From assembly GCA_965224245.1 (NCBI GenBank), contig OZ245046.1:3296001-3360000 (forward strand): a stretch of DNA of 64,000 bases, given 5' to 3'. The DNA is from Candidatus Eiseniibacteriota bacterium (GTDB taxonomy: Bacteria > Eisenbacteria > RBG-16-71-46 > CAZAMP01). Positions 8,951 through 21,503 of the stretch are shown one piece after another; within the stretch, counting starts at the first letter, position 1; each line of letters opens with the position of its first letter. The position numbers and the translations under genes are program-made. The notes under the pieces were generated by a model. The model saw only the letters and a program-made list of their open reading frames with translations, made no database searches and was not told the DNA's origin.

Positions 8951-10914
8951 GGGTTCGTCCTCGCCACCGACATCCGGGCGTCGGTCGTCGTGTCGTCCAT
9001 CACCGCGGCGTCGGTCGCGTCGTCCATCGCAGCGTCGTGAGCCGCGCCGGTCATGGCCGCGTGGTCGGCATCCAGCTCGTGAAGCGCTTCGTCCTCGATG
9101 CCCACCTCGGTCTCCAGCGTCGACTGGATCGTCCAGAGTCGCCGGTAGAGACCGCGTTCGGCGATCAGATCGCGATGCGGTCCCTCCTGCACGATCCGTC
9201 CGTTCTCGATCACGAGAATCCGATCCGCGTGCATCAACGTCGAGAGCCGGTGTGCGATCAGGAGCGTCGTCCGCTCGCCGCGACGGCTCTCCAGCGCCTC
9301 GAGGATGAGCTTCTCGGTCTCGGTGTCCACCGCACTGAGCGCATCGTCGAGAATGAGCACGCGCGGGCGATCCAGAAGCGCCCTGGCCAGCGCGACACGC
9401 TGTCGCTGTCCACCCGAGAGCGTCACCCCACGCTCGCCGACGACCGTCTCGTAGCCCAGGTCGAACTCCATGATCGAGTCGTGCACGCACGCCACGCGCG
9501 CGGCGTCCTCGATCTCGGAGTCGCTCGCTCCCTTGCGGCCCAGACGGACGTTCTCGCGAAGCGTCTTCGAGTACAGGAACGGCTCCTGCATGATCACGGC
9601 GATCTCCGATCGGGCTCGCTTGCGCGGCACGAGCCCGAGATCGACCCCGTCGAGGATCACCCGGCCTCGCGTCGGGTCGTAGAGCCGGAGGGCGAGCCGC
9701 ACGATCGTCGACTTACCCGCACCCGACGGACCCAGCAGCGCGACCGTCTCACCCGGTCGGATCGAGAACGAGACGTCCTCGAGCGCCCACGGCCCCTCGC
9801 CGTAGCGGAAGCTGACGTCCTCGAACACGAGCGCGCCCAGCGGCGCTCCATCGGTGACGTCGCCGATCGAGACCGGCGCCTCGGGATCCCGCTCGCGCGG
9901 GGCGGACAGGATGTCGTCGATCCGGCCGATCGCGACCAGCGCCTTGCCGAGCTGGGTCAGGATCCGCCCCATCATGCGGATCGGCCACACGAACATGCTC
10001 ACCGCGGCCAGAAAGAAGTAGAACGTCCCGACCTGGAGGCTGCCGTTCATCAGCCAGAACGCGCCCACACCGACCACGAGCGCCTTCTGACCCATGCACA
10101 GGACGTCCGACACCGACCAGTACCAGGCCATCAACCGGTACAGGACGAAGTCGAGGTCGCGGTGCTCGGCGTTGCGCTCGGCGAAGCGATCGATCTCGTG
10201 GTCCTGTCGCGCGAACGCGCGGACCACGCGGATCCCGGTGAGGTTCTCCTGCAGCCGGCTGGTCAGACGACCCTCGGCCTCGTCGACCTCCTGGAACGAG
10301 GCGCGGACCCGCCGGAAGAAGAGCAGCGAGAACACGAACACCACCGGCAGCAGGACGATCGACACGAGCGTCATCCGGACGTCGAGCATCATCATCAACG
10401 GGATTGGCACCAGCATCATGAACGTGGCGCGTCCGAGCTCCACCACCTGGCTGGCCAGGAACTGCCGGAGCGTCTCCACGTCCGACGTGCAGCGCTGGAC
10501 GAGATCACCGGTCTCGGCATCGTCGAAGAACGACATCGGCAGGTGCTGCAGATGCTCGTACAGTCGATTGCGCACGCGCTCGGCGATGCGCTCCGACGCC
10601 ACCGCCGACCAGCGGGCGCGCAGGTACGTGAACACCCCCGAGATCGCGGTCAGACCGGCGACCGCGACCAGCGCCCAGTGCAGCCCGCCCGCGATGGCCT
10701 CGCGCCCCCCGAGCACGTCGACGGCTCGCCGCACGAACGCCGAGCCCGCCTCGGGATCGTCGGTCAGCGCGCCGTCGATCACGATCTGGGGCACGAGGGG
10801 AACCAGATACAGGAAGCACGACGCCACCGAGAGCGCCGCGATCGCCGCTCCGTAGCGAAGGCGCTGGCCCTCGAGAAGCTGCCAGGTGAGTCGAAGCGTA
10901 GAACGGGATCGCAT
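8947..10914 (-). CDS. ABC exporter, fused TMD-NBD subunit 1 (degenerate Walker B)
   Basis: GPSGAGKS, LSGGQRQR, ILDDALS (catalytic Glu replaced by Asp, typical of heterodimeric exporters). Confidence 0.95.
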   Translation of the reverse strand: MRSRSTLRLTWQLLEGQRLRYGAAIAALSVASCFLYLVPLVPQIVIDGALTDDPEAGSAFVRRAVDVLGGREAIAGGLHWALVAVAGLTAISGVFTYLRARWSAVASERIAERVRNRLYEHLQHLPMSFFDDAETGDLVQRCTSDVETLRQFLASQVVELGRATFMMLVPIPLMMMLDVRMTLVSIVLLPVVFVFSLLFFRRVRASFQEVDEAEGRLTSRLQENLTGIRVVRAFARQDHEIDRFAERNAEHRDLDFVLYRLMAWYWSVSDVLCMGQKALVVGVGAFWLMNGSLQVGTFYFFLAAVSMFVWPIRMMGRILTQLGKALVAIGRIDDILSAPRERDPEAPVSIGDVTDGAPLGALVFEDVSFRYGEGPWALEDVSFSIRPGETVALLGPSGAGKSTIVRLALRLYDPTRGRVILDGVDLGLVPRKRARSEIAVIMQEPFLYSKTLRENVRLGRKGASDSEIEDAARVACVHDSIMEFDLGYETVVGERGVTLSGGQRQRVALARALLDRPRVLILDDALSAVDTETEKLILEALESRRGERTTLLIAHRLSTLMHADRILVIENGRIVQEGPHRDLIAERGLYRRLWTIQSTLETEVGIEDEALHELDADHAAMTGAAHDAAMDDATDAAVMDDTTTDARMSVARTNP

Positions 10915-11038
10915 CGAGACTAGCCCTCATCCATTGTAATTCGCTCAAGTACAACTACTTACGCGCGACCGCGCTGAAGCGTCACGAGCGGGATGAGAAG
11001 ACCGATGCCGATGCGAAAGAGTGGTGACGATCCGGTCC

Positions 11039-11067
11039 AAACCCGCCCGCGGGGAGCGCGGCGGGTT
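11039..11067 (-). terminator. Putative attenuator hairpin in the ABC operon leader
   Basis: Minus strand AACCCGCCGCG-ctccc-CGCGGGCGGGTTT, 13 nt after the leader peptide stop. Confidence 0.6.
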
Positions 11068-11080
11068 CGGAGAGCGACGT

Positions 11081-11158
11081 TCAGCGCGTCTTCGGCCCGC
11101 CCGCTACGACGTTCCACCGGGGGAACGACGCGGGATCGAACGTGAAGCTGAACTTCAT
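11081..11158 (-). CDS. Putative leader peptide MKFSFTFDPASFPRWNVVAGGPKTR
   Basis: Strong SD AAGGAGG just before the ATG; 25 codons; followed by a hairpin and then the ABC genes. Confidence 0.65.
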   Translation of the reverse strand: MKFSFTFDPASFPRWNVVAGGPKTR

Positions 11159-11484
11159 CTCGCCCTCCTTGCTGGACTCCGGCTTTCGAAGGTCGCGCCA
11201 TGGTAGTCGATCGCGCACCTTCTGGGCAATGGCTTTCGACCTCAAACGGAGTACGACGCGATCAGGTTGCGCGTTTCGTCCATGTTTGTGCTCGTCGACG
11301 CGAGCGACGGCCTCGCGGCCCGCGGGCACCCCCCAAACCGCCCGCCGCGGACGCGTGAATGCCGTGTGAATACAGTGGCAAACCGGCGGATCCGGGCGTG
11401 GTCAGGATGCCCCCACTGGCGTAAAATCTGCGGTTCGCCAATACACGCACCATTGCGACCGACCCATGTACGAAGGAGGTCCCG

Positions 11485-14283
<2,799 letters not shown>

Positions 14284-14299
14284 TCCGTCCGCGACGCTG

Positions 14300-14321
14300 C
14301 CCGGGGCCTGCCGGCCCCGGG
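14300..14321 (+). terminator. Hairpin after the M16 gene
   Basis: CCCGGGGCC-tgcc-GGCCCCGGG perfect 9-bp stem; no U-tract. Confidence 0.5.
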
Positions 14322-14431
14322 TGGCCGTCGCCCTTCACATGACCCTCGAAACTGAGTAGTATCCTCCGCTCGTCATTGCCGGCCGTGGTGGGCGATCCCG
14401 TCCACCGGCGTCTCGCCGAGGAGGCTCGGTC

Positions 14432-14800
14432 ATGGGTGTGCCGAAAGACTACGCGGTCCTGGGGGCCCTGTTCGTGCTGGGGGCTCTCGTCGCCGTCGTG
14501 CCGCTGGCGCTACCGTTGCTCCTGAGCCCGCGCTACCGGGGCGAGAAGACCCGGTCCACCTACGAGTGCGGAATCGACACGATCGGGTCGGCCTGGGGGC
14601 GATTCTCGATCGCATTCTACCTCTTCGCGCTGATCTTCGTCGCGTTCGAGGTGGACATCCTCTACCTGTTCCCGGTCGCGCTCGTGTTCGACGAGGCCGG
14701 AATGGGAATCCGCGACGTCGTCGAGCTGAGCATGTTCCTCGGAATCCTCTCGCTCGCGATCCTGTTCGCCTGGAAACGCGGGGTCTTCAAGTGGACGTAG
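14432..14800 (+). CDS. nuoA: NADH-quinone oxidoreductase-like subunit A
   Basis: [27 protein letters not shown]. Confidence 0.95.
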   Translation: MGVPKDYAVLGALFVLGALVAVVPLALPLLLSPRYRGEKTRSTYECGIDTIGSAWGRFSIAFYLFALIFVAFEVDILYLFPVALVFDEAGMGIRDVVELSMFLGILSLAILFAWKRGVFKWT

Positions 14801-14832
14801 ACACCGGCGACGACCGCCGCCCGGACGGCGAC

Positions 14833-15387
14833 ATGACGACCGCCAGCGTCGGACCCTCCATCGTCAAGGCCGCCTCGGACACGCTCAGCGAGTCGGAGGA
14901 GAAGCGCCTCATGGCCGAGGCCGAGCCGTTCGTCCGCTTCCACATGCTCGAGGACCTGATCAACGCCGCACGAGCGAACTCTCTGTGGCCCCTGACGTTC
15001 GGGCTCGCGTGCTGTGCGATCGAGATGATGGCGGCCGGCGCCGCGCGCCACGACCTGGATCGTTTCGGGGCCGGGGTCTTTCGTCCCAGCGCCCGGCAGG
15101 CCGACGTGATGATCTTCGCGGGCACGATCTCCCGGAAGATGGGGCCGGTCATCAAGACGCTGTGGGATCAGATGCCGAGCCCCAAGTGGGCCATCTCGAT
15201 GGGCGGCTGCACGATCGACGGCGGTCCATTCAAGTATCCGAATCAGTACGCGATCTACGAGGGCGCCGACGAGCTGGTCCCCGTGGACGTCTACATCCCC
15301 GGATGCCCGCCCCGCCCCGAGGCCCTCATCGCCGGGATCCTGAAGCTCCAGGAGAAGATCCGCGCGGGCAGGAAGTTCGAGGGATGA
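14833..15387 (+). CDS. nuoB: NADH-quinone oxidoreductase-like subunit B
   Basis: [48 protein letters not shown]. Confidence 0.96.
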   Translation: MTTASVGPSIVKAASDTLSESEEKRLMAEAEPFVRFHMLEDLINAARANSLWPLTFGLACCAIEMMAAGAARHDLDRFGAGVFRPSARQADVMIFAGTISRKMGPVIKTLWDQMPSPKWAISMGGCTIDGGPFKYPNQYAIYEGADELVPVDVYIPGCPPRPEALIAGILKLQEKIRAGRKFEG

Positions 15388-15935
15388 CCACCGCCATCGC
15401 CGCCGAGCTGAGCTCGGCCTCGCTGACCACCGCGAGCGAGCCCGGCGACTACGCCGCGTCCGGTGTCCACCACCGCCATGTCGCAACGCCGAGCGCCCTG
15501 CCCGAGATCGCCTCGCGGTTCTCGGCTCACGAGTACTTCCTCGAGATGATCACCTGCCTGGACCTGCGACAGACCGACTCCCGCATGCGCCTGGTCTACA
15601 CGTTCAATCGCTTCGACGCGGCCGACCGGCACCTCGTCACGGTCGATCTGGCCCCCACCCGGGAGTGGACCGGTCCGCCGGCCAAGCCCGCGCGGAAGAC
15701 CGACGAGGCCGACGCCACCGAGGCGGACGCCCCCTCGGAGACCGAGGGGGTCAGCATCACCGACGTGTTCTCCGCGGCCGACTGGTACGAGCGCGAGATC
15801 TACGACATGTACGGGGTCTCGTTCCGGGGTCATCCCGACCTGAAGCGGATCCTCCTCCCCGACGACGCCGACTTCCATGCCCTTCTGAAGGACTTCGGAC
15901 GCATCGAGGACGCCGAGAAGGAGCCCGCGTCATGA
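15384..15935 (+). CDS. nuoC: NADH-quinone oxidoreductase-like subunit C
   Basis: [32 protein letters not shown] overlap with nuoB. Confidence 0.93.
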   Translation: MTTAIAAELSSASLTTASEPGDYAASGVHHRHVATPSALPEIASRFSAHEYFLEMITCLDLRQTDSRMRLVYTFNRFDAADRHLVTVDLAPTREWTGPPAKPARKTDEADATEADAPSETEGVSITDVFSAADWYEREIYDMYGVSFRGHPDLKRILLPDDADFHALLKDFGRIEDAEKEPAS

Positions 15936-17092
15936 GCACGCGGACCGCCGATGCGGTCTTCGGAGCCCCGCCCGCGCCGTCACTGCTGCCCCAGGACGAC
16001 GACGGCACCTACTGGCTCAACATGGGCCCGCAGCACCCGAGCATGCACGGCGTGCTCCGGCTTCTGCTCCATCTCCAGGGCGAACGCATCCTGAGCGCCG
16101 AGTGCATCATCGGCTACGCGCATCGCGCCCACGAGAAGATGGCCGAGAACCGCAACTACATGATGTTCCTCCCCAACACCTCGCGCGTCGACTACCTGTG
16201 CGGCATGATCTACAACCTGGCCTTCTGTCAGGCGATGGAGAAGTGGATGTCCATCGAGGTACCGCCGCGCGCCGAGTACATCCGCATCATCACCGCCGAG
16301 CTGAATCGCATCTCGAGCCACCTTCTGTGGTTCGGGACGTTTCTGTTGGATCTGGGCGGCATCACGCCGTTTCTCTACTGCTTCGAGGATCGCGAGCAGA
16401 TTCTCGAGATCCTCGACCGGGTGACCGGGTCGCGGCTCACGTATTGCTACGGGCGCTTCGGCGGGGTCACGATGGACGTCGACGACGTGTTTCTGCGCCA
16501 GACGCGCGACTTCGTCGCGCACCTTCGCGGACGCCTGCCCGAGTACCACCAGCTCGTGACCAAGAACATCATCTTCCAGAAGCGTTGCGTGGGCGTCGGC
16601 GAGATCGCCGTGGACGTCGCGAAGCGCTACGGCGTCACCGGACCCTGCCTCAGGGCGTCCGGCGTCCCGTACGACGTCCGCAAGGCCGAGCCGTACGGCT
16701 ACTACGACCGGATGGAGTTCGACGTGCCCCTCGGTGAGCGCGGCGACCTCCTCGATCGCTACTGGGTCCGCGTACGCGAGATGGAAGAAGCGTGTCGTCT
16801 GATCGACCAGGCCCTGGAGGGGATCAGCGAGGGCCCGATCATGCCCGAGAAATCCCCGAAGAAGTTCAGGCCCCCGGCCGGTGACATCTACTTCGCCGTG
16901 GAGTCGGGGCGCGGGCAGTTCGGAACCTACATGGTCAGCGACGGCACCGACGTGCCGGTCCGCATCAAGCTCCGCACGCCGTCGTTCTCGAATCTGTCGG
17001 CCATGCCGGAGGTCTTCGAGGGGACGATGGTGGCCGACACGATCGCGATCCTGGGCAGCATCGACATCGTGCTGCCGGAGGTGGACCGCTGA
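15932..17092 (+). CDS. nuoD: NADH-quinone oxidoreductase-like subunit D
   Basis: [39 protein letters not shown]; no NiFe-binding CxxC pairs. Confidence 0.96.
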   Translation: MSTRTADAVFGAPPAPSLLPQDDDGTYWLNMGPQHPSMHGVLRLLLHLQGERILSAECIIGYAHRAHEKMAENRNYMMFLPNTSRVDYLCGMIYNLAFCQAMEKWMSIEVPPRAEYIRIITAELNRISSHLLWFGTFLLDLGGITPFLYCFEDREQILEILDRVTGSRLTYCYGRFGGVTMDVDDVFLRQTRDFVAHLRGRLPEYHQLVTKNIIFQKRCVGVGEIAVDVAKRYGVTGPCLRASGVPYDVRKAEPYGYYDRMEFDVPLGERGDLLDRYWVRVREMEEACRLIDQALEGISEGPIMPEKSPKKFRPPAGDIYFAVESGRGQFGTYMVSDGTDVPVRIKLRTPSFSNLSAMPEVFEGTMVADTIAILGSIDIVLPEVDR

Positions 17093-18072
17093 TGCCCTGG
17101 ACGCTCGCGAACGGCTACTCGAGCCCGTGGCTCGGCGCGCTGATCGGCGTCGGCATCATCATGGGCTACGTCACCGTCAACGCGCTCTTCCTGATCTGGA
17201 TGGAGCGCAAGGTCTCCGCGCGCATGCAGCGCCGGCTCGGTCCCACCGAGGTGGGCAAGTTCGGCCTCGCGCAGACCGCCAACGACGTGCTGAAGCTCCT
17301 GGGCAAGCAGCTGATCACGCCCAGCCACGTGGACAAGCCGCTCTATCATCTCGCGCCGGCGCTCGTGTTCATCCCGGTCATCGCCGGCCTCGCGCTGTTC
17401 CCGGTCTCACACGGCTGGGCGCTCTCGAACACCAACGTCGGCCTGATCCTGGTGTTCAGCTTCGCCGGCATCGGGGTGCTCGGGATGTTCATGGCCGGCT
17501 GGGGATCCAACAACAAGTATGCGCTCCTGGGTGCGATGCGCTCGGTGTCGCAGAACATCGCGTACGAGATCCCGCTCATCCTGTCCACGCTGTCGGTCGT
17601 CCTGATCGCACGGTCGCTCAATCTGCACGACATCGCCGCGGCCCAGAAGAACGTCTGGTTCGTCGTGTTCCAGCCGATCGCCGCCATCATCTACCTGATC
17701 TCGGCCACCGCGGAGACGAACCGGGCACCGTTCGACATCCCCGAGGCCGAGAGCGAGCTGATCGCGGGCTTCCACACCGAGTACTCGGGCATGCGCTTCG
17801 CGATGTTCTTCCTGTCCGAGTACACCAACATGATCATCGTCAGCATGGTGGCGGCCACGGTGTTCCTCGGGGGCTTCCAGGGGCCGCTCCTGCCGGGGCC
17901 GGTGTGGTTCTTCCTGAAGGTGTACGCGGTGATCTTCCTGATGATGTGGTTCCGCTGGACGTTCCCCCGGCTCCGCTTCGATCAGCTGATGAGCTTCGCC
18001 TGGGCCGTCCTGATCCCGCTGTCGATCCTCAACCTGCTCGTAACCGGGATCGTTCTGAAGGTGGTGACCTGA
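17092..18072 (+). CDS. nuoH: NADH-quinone oxidoreductase-like subunit H
   Basis: ERKVSARMQRRLGP, SNNKYALLG, AETNRAPFDIPEAESEL, PRLRFDQLM. Confidence 0.96.
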   Translation: MPWTLANGYSSPWLGALIGVGIIMGYVTVNALFLIWMERKVSARMQRRLGPTEVGKFGLAQTANDVLKLLGKQLITPSHVDKPLYHLAPALVFIPVIAGLALFPVSHGWALSNTNVGLILVFSFAGIGVLGMFMAGWGSNNKYALLGAMRSVSQNIAYEIPLILSTLSVVLIARSLNLHDIAAAQKNVWFVVFQPIAAIIYLISATAETNRAPFDIPEAESELIAGFHTEYSGMRFAMFFLSEYTNMIIVSMVAATVFLGGFQGPLLPGPVWFFLKVYAVIFLMMWFRWTFPRLRFDQLMSFAWAVLIPLSILNLLVTGIVLKVVT

Positions 18073-18713
18073 TGTCCATCGCGCACACCCTGGTCGGCGG
18101 GCTCGGAACGCTCCTCGGCGGCATGGCCATTACCATCAAGCACATGTTCAAGAAGCCGGTCACGCGCGAGTACCCGCGCGTGAAGCCGGAGCTGAGCCCC
18201 GCCTTTCGCAGCGCCATCGAGCTCGTCCGGTTCGACGAGACGTCGACACACGACTGCATTGCGTGCATGCAGTGCGTCAACATCTGCCCGTCGTTCTGCA
18301 TCACGGTCGACGGGACGCGCTACGAGGGCGTCAAGGGCAAGCGCGCCGAGAAGTTCGATGTCGACTACTCGCTCTGCAGCCTGTGCGGGCTCTGCATCGA
18401 CGTGTGCCCGACGGACACGCTCGGCTACTCCAAGATCTACGACGTCGTCGGCTTCGACCGGCACGGCTTCACCTACGACCTCCTGGACGGCTTCCGCGAG
18501 GACGAGGCGCGGTACATCGCGCGTCTTCAGCAGGAAGCCCGGGTCAAGGCCGACGCCGCCGCGGCGAAGAAGGCGGCCGCGGAGAAGGCCGCCGCCGAGA
18601 AGGCCGAAGCGGCCGGAGACGGCGCCCCGAGCGCCTCCGGCACGGGCAGTGCCGCCGGAGACGGCGCGCCGCGCCCCCAAGAGGGCGCGAAGTCGGACGA
18701 GGGCACCCGCTAG
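18072..18713 (+). CDS. nuoI: NADH-quinone oxidoreductase-like subunit I (2x4Fe-4S) with Ala/Lys-rich tail
   Basis: CIACMQCVNICP and CSLCGLCIDVCP; VTREYP. Confidence 0.94.
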   Translation: MSIAHTLVGGLGTLLGGMAITIKHMFKKPVTREYPRVKPELSPAFRSAIELVRFDETSTHDCIACMQCVNICPSFCITVDGTRYEGVKGKRAEKFDVDYSLCSLCGLCIDVCPTDTLGYSKIYDVVGFDRHGFTYDLLDGFREDEARYIARLQQEARVKADAAAAKKAAAEKAAAEKAEAAGDGAPSASGTGSAAGDGAPRPQEGAKSDEGTR

Positions 18714-18754
18714 CGCGAGGGGCCGCGACCGCTCGAGAAGGGTTGGGCTAGGAC

Positions 18755-19258
18755 ATGGACGCCGGGACGCTGTCGGTTCATCCGACCGCCATGATCTTCG
18801 CCGGGATGGCCATCGTGGGCGCGATCTTCGCGGTCGCGTTCCGCAACATCCTGCACGCGATCTTCGGGCTCGCGATCACCATCGTCGCCGTCGCGGTACT
18901 CTTCGTGTACCTGGCCGCGCCGTTCGTCGCCGCGATGGAGGTCGTCGTCTACGTCGGCGGCATCAGCGTCGCGATGGTGTTCGCGGTCATGTTCGCGTAC
19001 ACGTCACGCTTCCGGAAGACCGGGGTCGGCGACTTTCTCCTGGCCGCCTTGCCGTCGCTGGCGTTCTTCGTGGTGATGCTGGTCATCATTCGCGACTCGA
19101 CGTTCGCCGTGGCCGCACCCGGTCGCGACTTCTCGGTCCCGGCCATCGGGCGTGCGCTCCTCGGCGAGTACAACGTCGTCTTCGAGGCGCTGTCCATCAT
19201 CCTCCTGCTCGCCATCATGGGCGCCATCGTGATCGCCCGCAAGGAGCCGGACTCATGA
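18755..19258 (+). CDS. nuoJ: NADH-quinone oxidoreductase-like subunit J
   Basis: VVYVGGISV, FEALSIILLLAIMGAIVIAR. Confidence 0.92.
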   Translation: MDAGTLSVHPTAMIFAGMAIVGAIFAVAFRNILHAIFGLAITIVAVAVLFVYLAAPFVAAMEVVVYVGGISVAMVFAVMFAYTSRFRKTGVGDFLLAALPSLAFFVVMLVIIRDSTFAVAAPGRDFSVPAIGRALLGEYNVVFEALSIILLLAIMGAIVIARKEPDS

Positions 19259-19560
19259 CGCTCGAGCTGTTCCTGGTGCTGGGCCTCGCCCTGTTCTCGA
19301 TCGGGCTGTTCGCCGTCCTGTCCCGGCAGCACCTGATCGGGATCCTGATCGGCATCGAGCTGATGCTGGCCGCGGCCAGCGTGAACTTCATCGCGTTCAA
19401 CTACTTCGTGGTGTCCGACGCGATCGTGGGGCAGGTCGTGGTGCTGTTCGTGATCGGCCTGGCCGCCGCCGAGGTCGCGATCGCACTGTCCATCGTGCTC
19501 GCCGTGCACCGCGCTCGGCGCACCGTCGACGTCGGCGACCTGTCGCGACTGAAAGGGTGA
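19255..19560 (+). CDS. nuoK: NADH-quinone oxidoreductase-like subunit K
   Basis: GIELMLAAASVNF, AAAEVAIALSI. Confidence 0.94.
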   Translation: MTLELFLVLGLALFSIGLFAVLSRQHLIGILIGIELMLAAASVNFIAFNYFVVSDAIVGQVVVLFVIGLAAAEVAIALSIVLAVHRARRTVDVGDLSRLKG

Positions 19561-21419
19561 CGATGACGGCCTCCTCCCTGGCGCTGGTCGCCACGCTCGC
19601 GCCGCTCGCCGGCTTCGCGATCGCGATTCTCGCGCTGCGACGCCGCCACACCGCCGCGGCCAGCGTGACCATCCTGTCGGGCATCGTGTCGGCGGTGGCG
19701 GCGGTCACGCTCCTGTCGCGCGGCGCGCTCGAGGCGCCGCTCACGCGCCGCTGGTTCGAGAGCGAGTTCGCGAGCATGAGCTTCGGGTTCCTTCTCGACG
19801 GACCGAACCTCCTGATGGGCGTCGTCGTCTCGGTGATCGCTCTCCTCATCCAGGTGTACTCGGTGGGGTACATGGCCGGTGATCGCGAGCGGGGACGCTA
19901 CTTCGCGCTGCTTGCCCTGTTCACGTGGACCATGATGTCGCTCGTGTACGCGGCGAACCTCCTGCAGCTCTTCATCTTCTGGGAGCTGGTGGGGCTCGCG
20001 TCGTTCCTTCTGATCGGCTTCTGGTACGAGAAGCCGAGTGCCGCCGCGGCCGCCCGCAAGGCCTTCATCATGACGCGCGTCGGCGACGTCGGCCTCTTCA
20101 TCGGTGTGATCCTGCTCCTGCACCATCTGGGCACGCTGGACATCGCGCGCCTGACCGATCCCGCGGTGTTCGGCGTCCTGGCCCCCGCCACGCTGACCAC
20201 GATCGGCTTCCTGGTGCTGGCCGGGGTGGTCGGCAAGAGCGCGCAGTTCCCGCTCCACACGTGGCTGCCCGACGCGATGGAGGGCCCCACGCCCGTGAGC
20301 GCGCTCCTGCACTCGGCCACGATGGTCGCGGCCGGGGTGTTCCTGTTCGCGCGCCTGGAGCCGCTGGTGACGGCGTCGGACACGGTCGTCACCTGGACGC
20401 TGGGCATCGCGCTCGGCACGGCGATCCTGTCGGCGACGATCGCGATGGTGGTGAAGGACCTCAAGCGCGTGCTCGCCTACTCGTCCATCTCGCAGCTCAG
20501 CTTCATGCTGTTCGGGCTCGCCGGCGGCAGCGTCTTCGCCGGGCTCTTCCACCTCACGACCCACGCGGCGTTCAAGGCGATGCTGTTCCTGACCGCCGGC
20601 GCGTACATCCATCACTTCCACACCAACGACATGATCGCGATGGGCCGGCTCGGCGGCCGCCGCCTCGGGACCACCTCGGCGGCGCTGGTGATCGGAGCCG
20701 CCGCGCTGGCCGGCATTCCCCCGTTCGGCGGCTTCTTCAGCAAGGAGGCGATCATCCACGCGCTCGAGGGCCGACCGGCGGCGTTCACGTGGGGCGTCTA
20801 CGTCGCCGCCTTTCTGACCGCGTACTACAGCTTCCGGATGGTCTTCCTGCTCCTCCGGCCAAACCCCGGCGGGGCACTCGAGCCCGATGAGCCCGGGCAC
20901 GCGCCCGCGGACTTTCACGACGCCCCGTGGGTCATGCGCGGACCGATCCTGGGGCTGGCGGCGGTGACGCTGATCGTGGGCTGGCTGGGACCCGAGATCG
21001 AGCACCTGCTGTCGACCGACCACGGCGGCCACGTCGCGCGCTTCCCCTCGCTGGGGGTCGCGGGTCCGGCCATCGCCGTCGCGCTCGCCGGGGTCGTGGT
21101 CGCGTGGCTCGACTTCGGGCGCACCGGCGTGAGCCAGACCGGGTTCGTGGCCCGGCTCCCGCCGCTCGAGCGCCTGTTCCGGAGGCAGTGGCTCGTGGAC
21201 GACCTCTACCGGACCGTCGTGGTCTCCGCGGTCGCCGTGGTCTCGCGGGCCGCGGCGTTCTTCGAGCAGAAGGGGCTGGATGCGTCGGCCGACAGGGTGG
21301 CCGGCGGCACCGTGCAATCGGGACAGGGCGCCGCGTCGCTCCAGACCGGGCGCCTGCAGCTCTACGTCGCCATCGCCGTCGTTGCGCTCTCGTGGCTCGG
21401 CTACGTGCTCGCGCGATGA
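19557..21419 (+). CDS. nuoL: NADH-quinone oxidoreductase-like subunit L
   Basis: FIFWELVG, GKSAQFPLHTWLPDAMEGPTPVSALLHSATMV, HAAFKAMLF. Confidence 0.96.
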   Translation: MTMTASSLALVATLAPLAGFAIAILALRRRHTAAASVTILSGIVSAVAAVTLLSRGALEAPLTRRWFESEFASMSFGFLLDGPNLLMGVVVSVIALLIQVYSVGYMAGDRERGRYFALLALFTWTMMSLVYAANLLQLFIFWELVGLASFLLIGFWYEKPSAAAAARKAFIMTRVGDVGLFIGVILLLHHLGTLDIARLTDPAVFGVLAPATLTTIGFLVLAGVVGKSAQFPLHTWLPDAMEGPTPVSALLHSATMVAAGVFLFARLEPLVTASDTVVTWTLGIALGTAILSATIAMVVKDLKRVLAYSSISQLSFMLFGLAGGSVFAGLFHLTTHAAFKAMLFLTAGAYIHHFHTNDMIAMGRLGGRRLGTTSAALVIGAAALAGIPPFGGFFSKEAIIHALEGRPAAFTWGVYVAAFLTAYYSFRMVFLLLRPNPGGALEPDEPGHAPADFHDAPWVMRGPILGLAAVTLIVGWLGPEIEHLLSTDHGGHVARFPSLGVAGPAIAVALAGVVVAWLDFGRTGVSQTGFVARLPPLERLFRRQWLVDDLYRTVVVSAVAVVSRAAAFFEQKGLDASADRVAGGTVQSGQGAASLQTGRLQLYVAIAVVALSWLGYVLAR

Positions 21420-21503
21420 GACGGTCGAACCCGGGGGCGCGCCTGCGCGTCCCCACCGGGCCCCGCGTCGACGGCGCCGGGCGCCGAGGAGAATGTTGAC
21501 GAG

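Noticed and set aside
8950-9070. DAAM-type low-complexity repeats at the ABC subunit C-terminus
   Set aside because: Degenerate disordered tail with no regular unit; no functional inference possible.
15932-17092. Cluster as a group 4 NiFe hydrogenase
   Set aside because: The large subunit lacks both CxxC motifs and keeps the quinone-site His/Tyr (HGV, DY).
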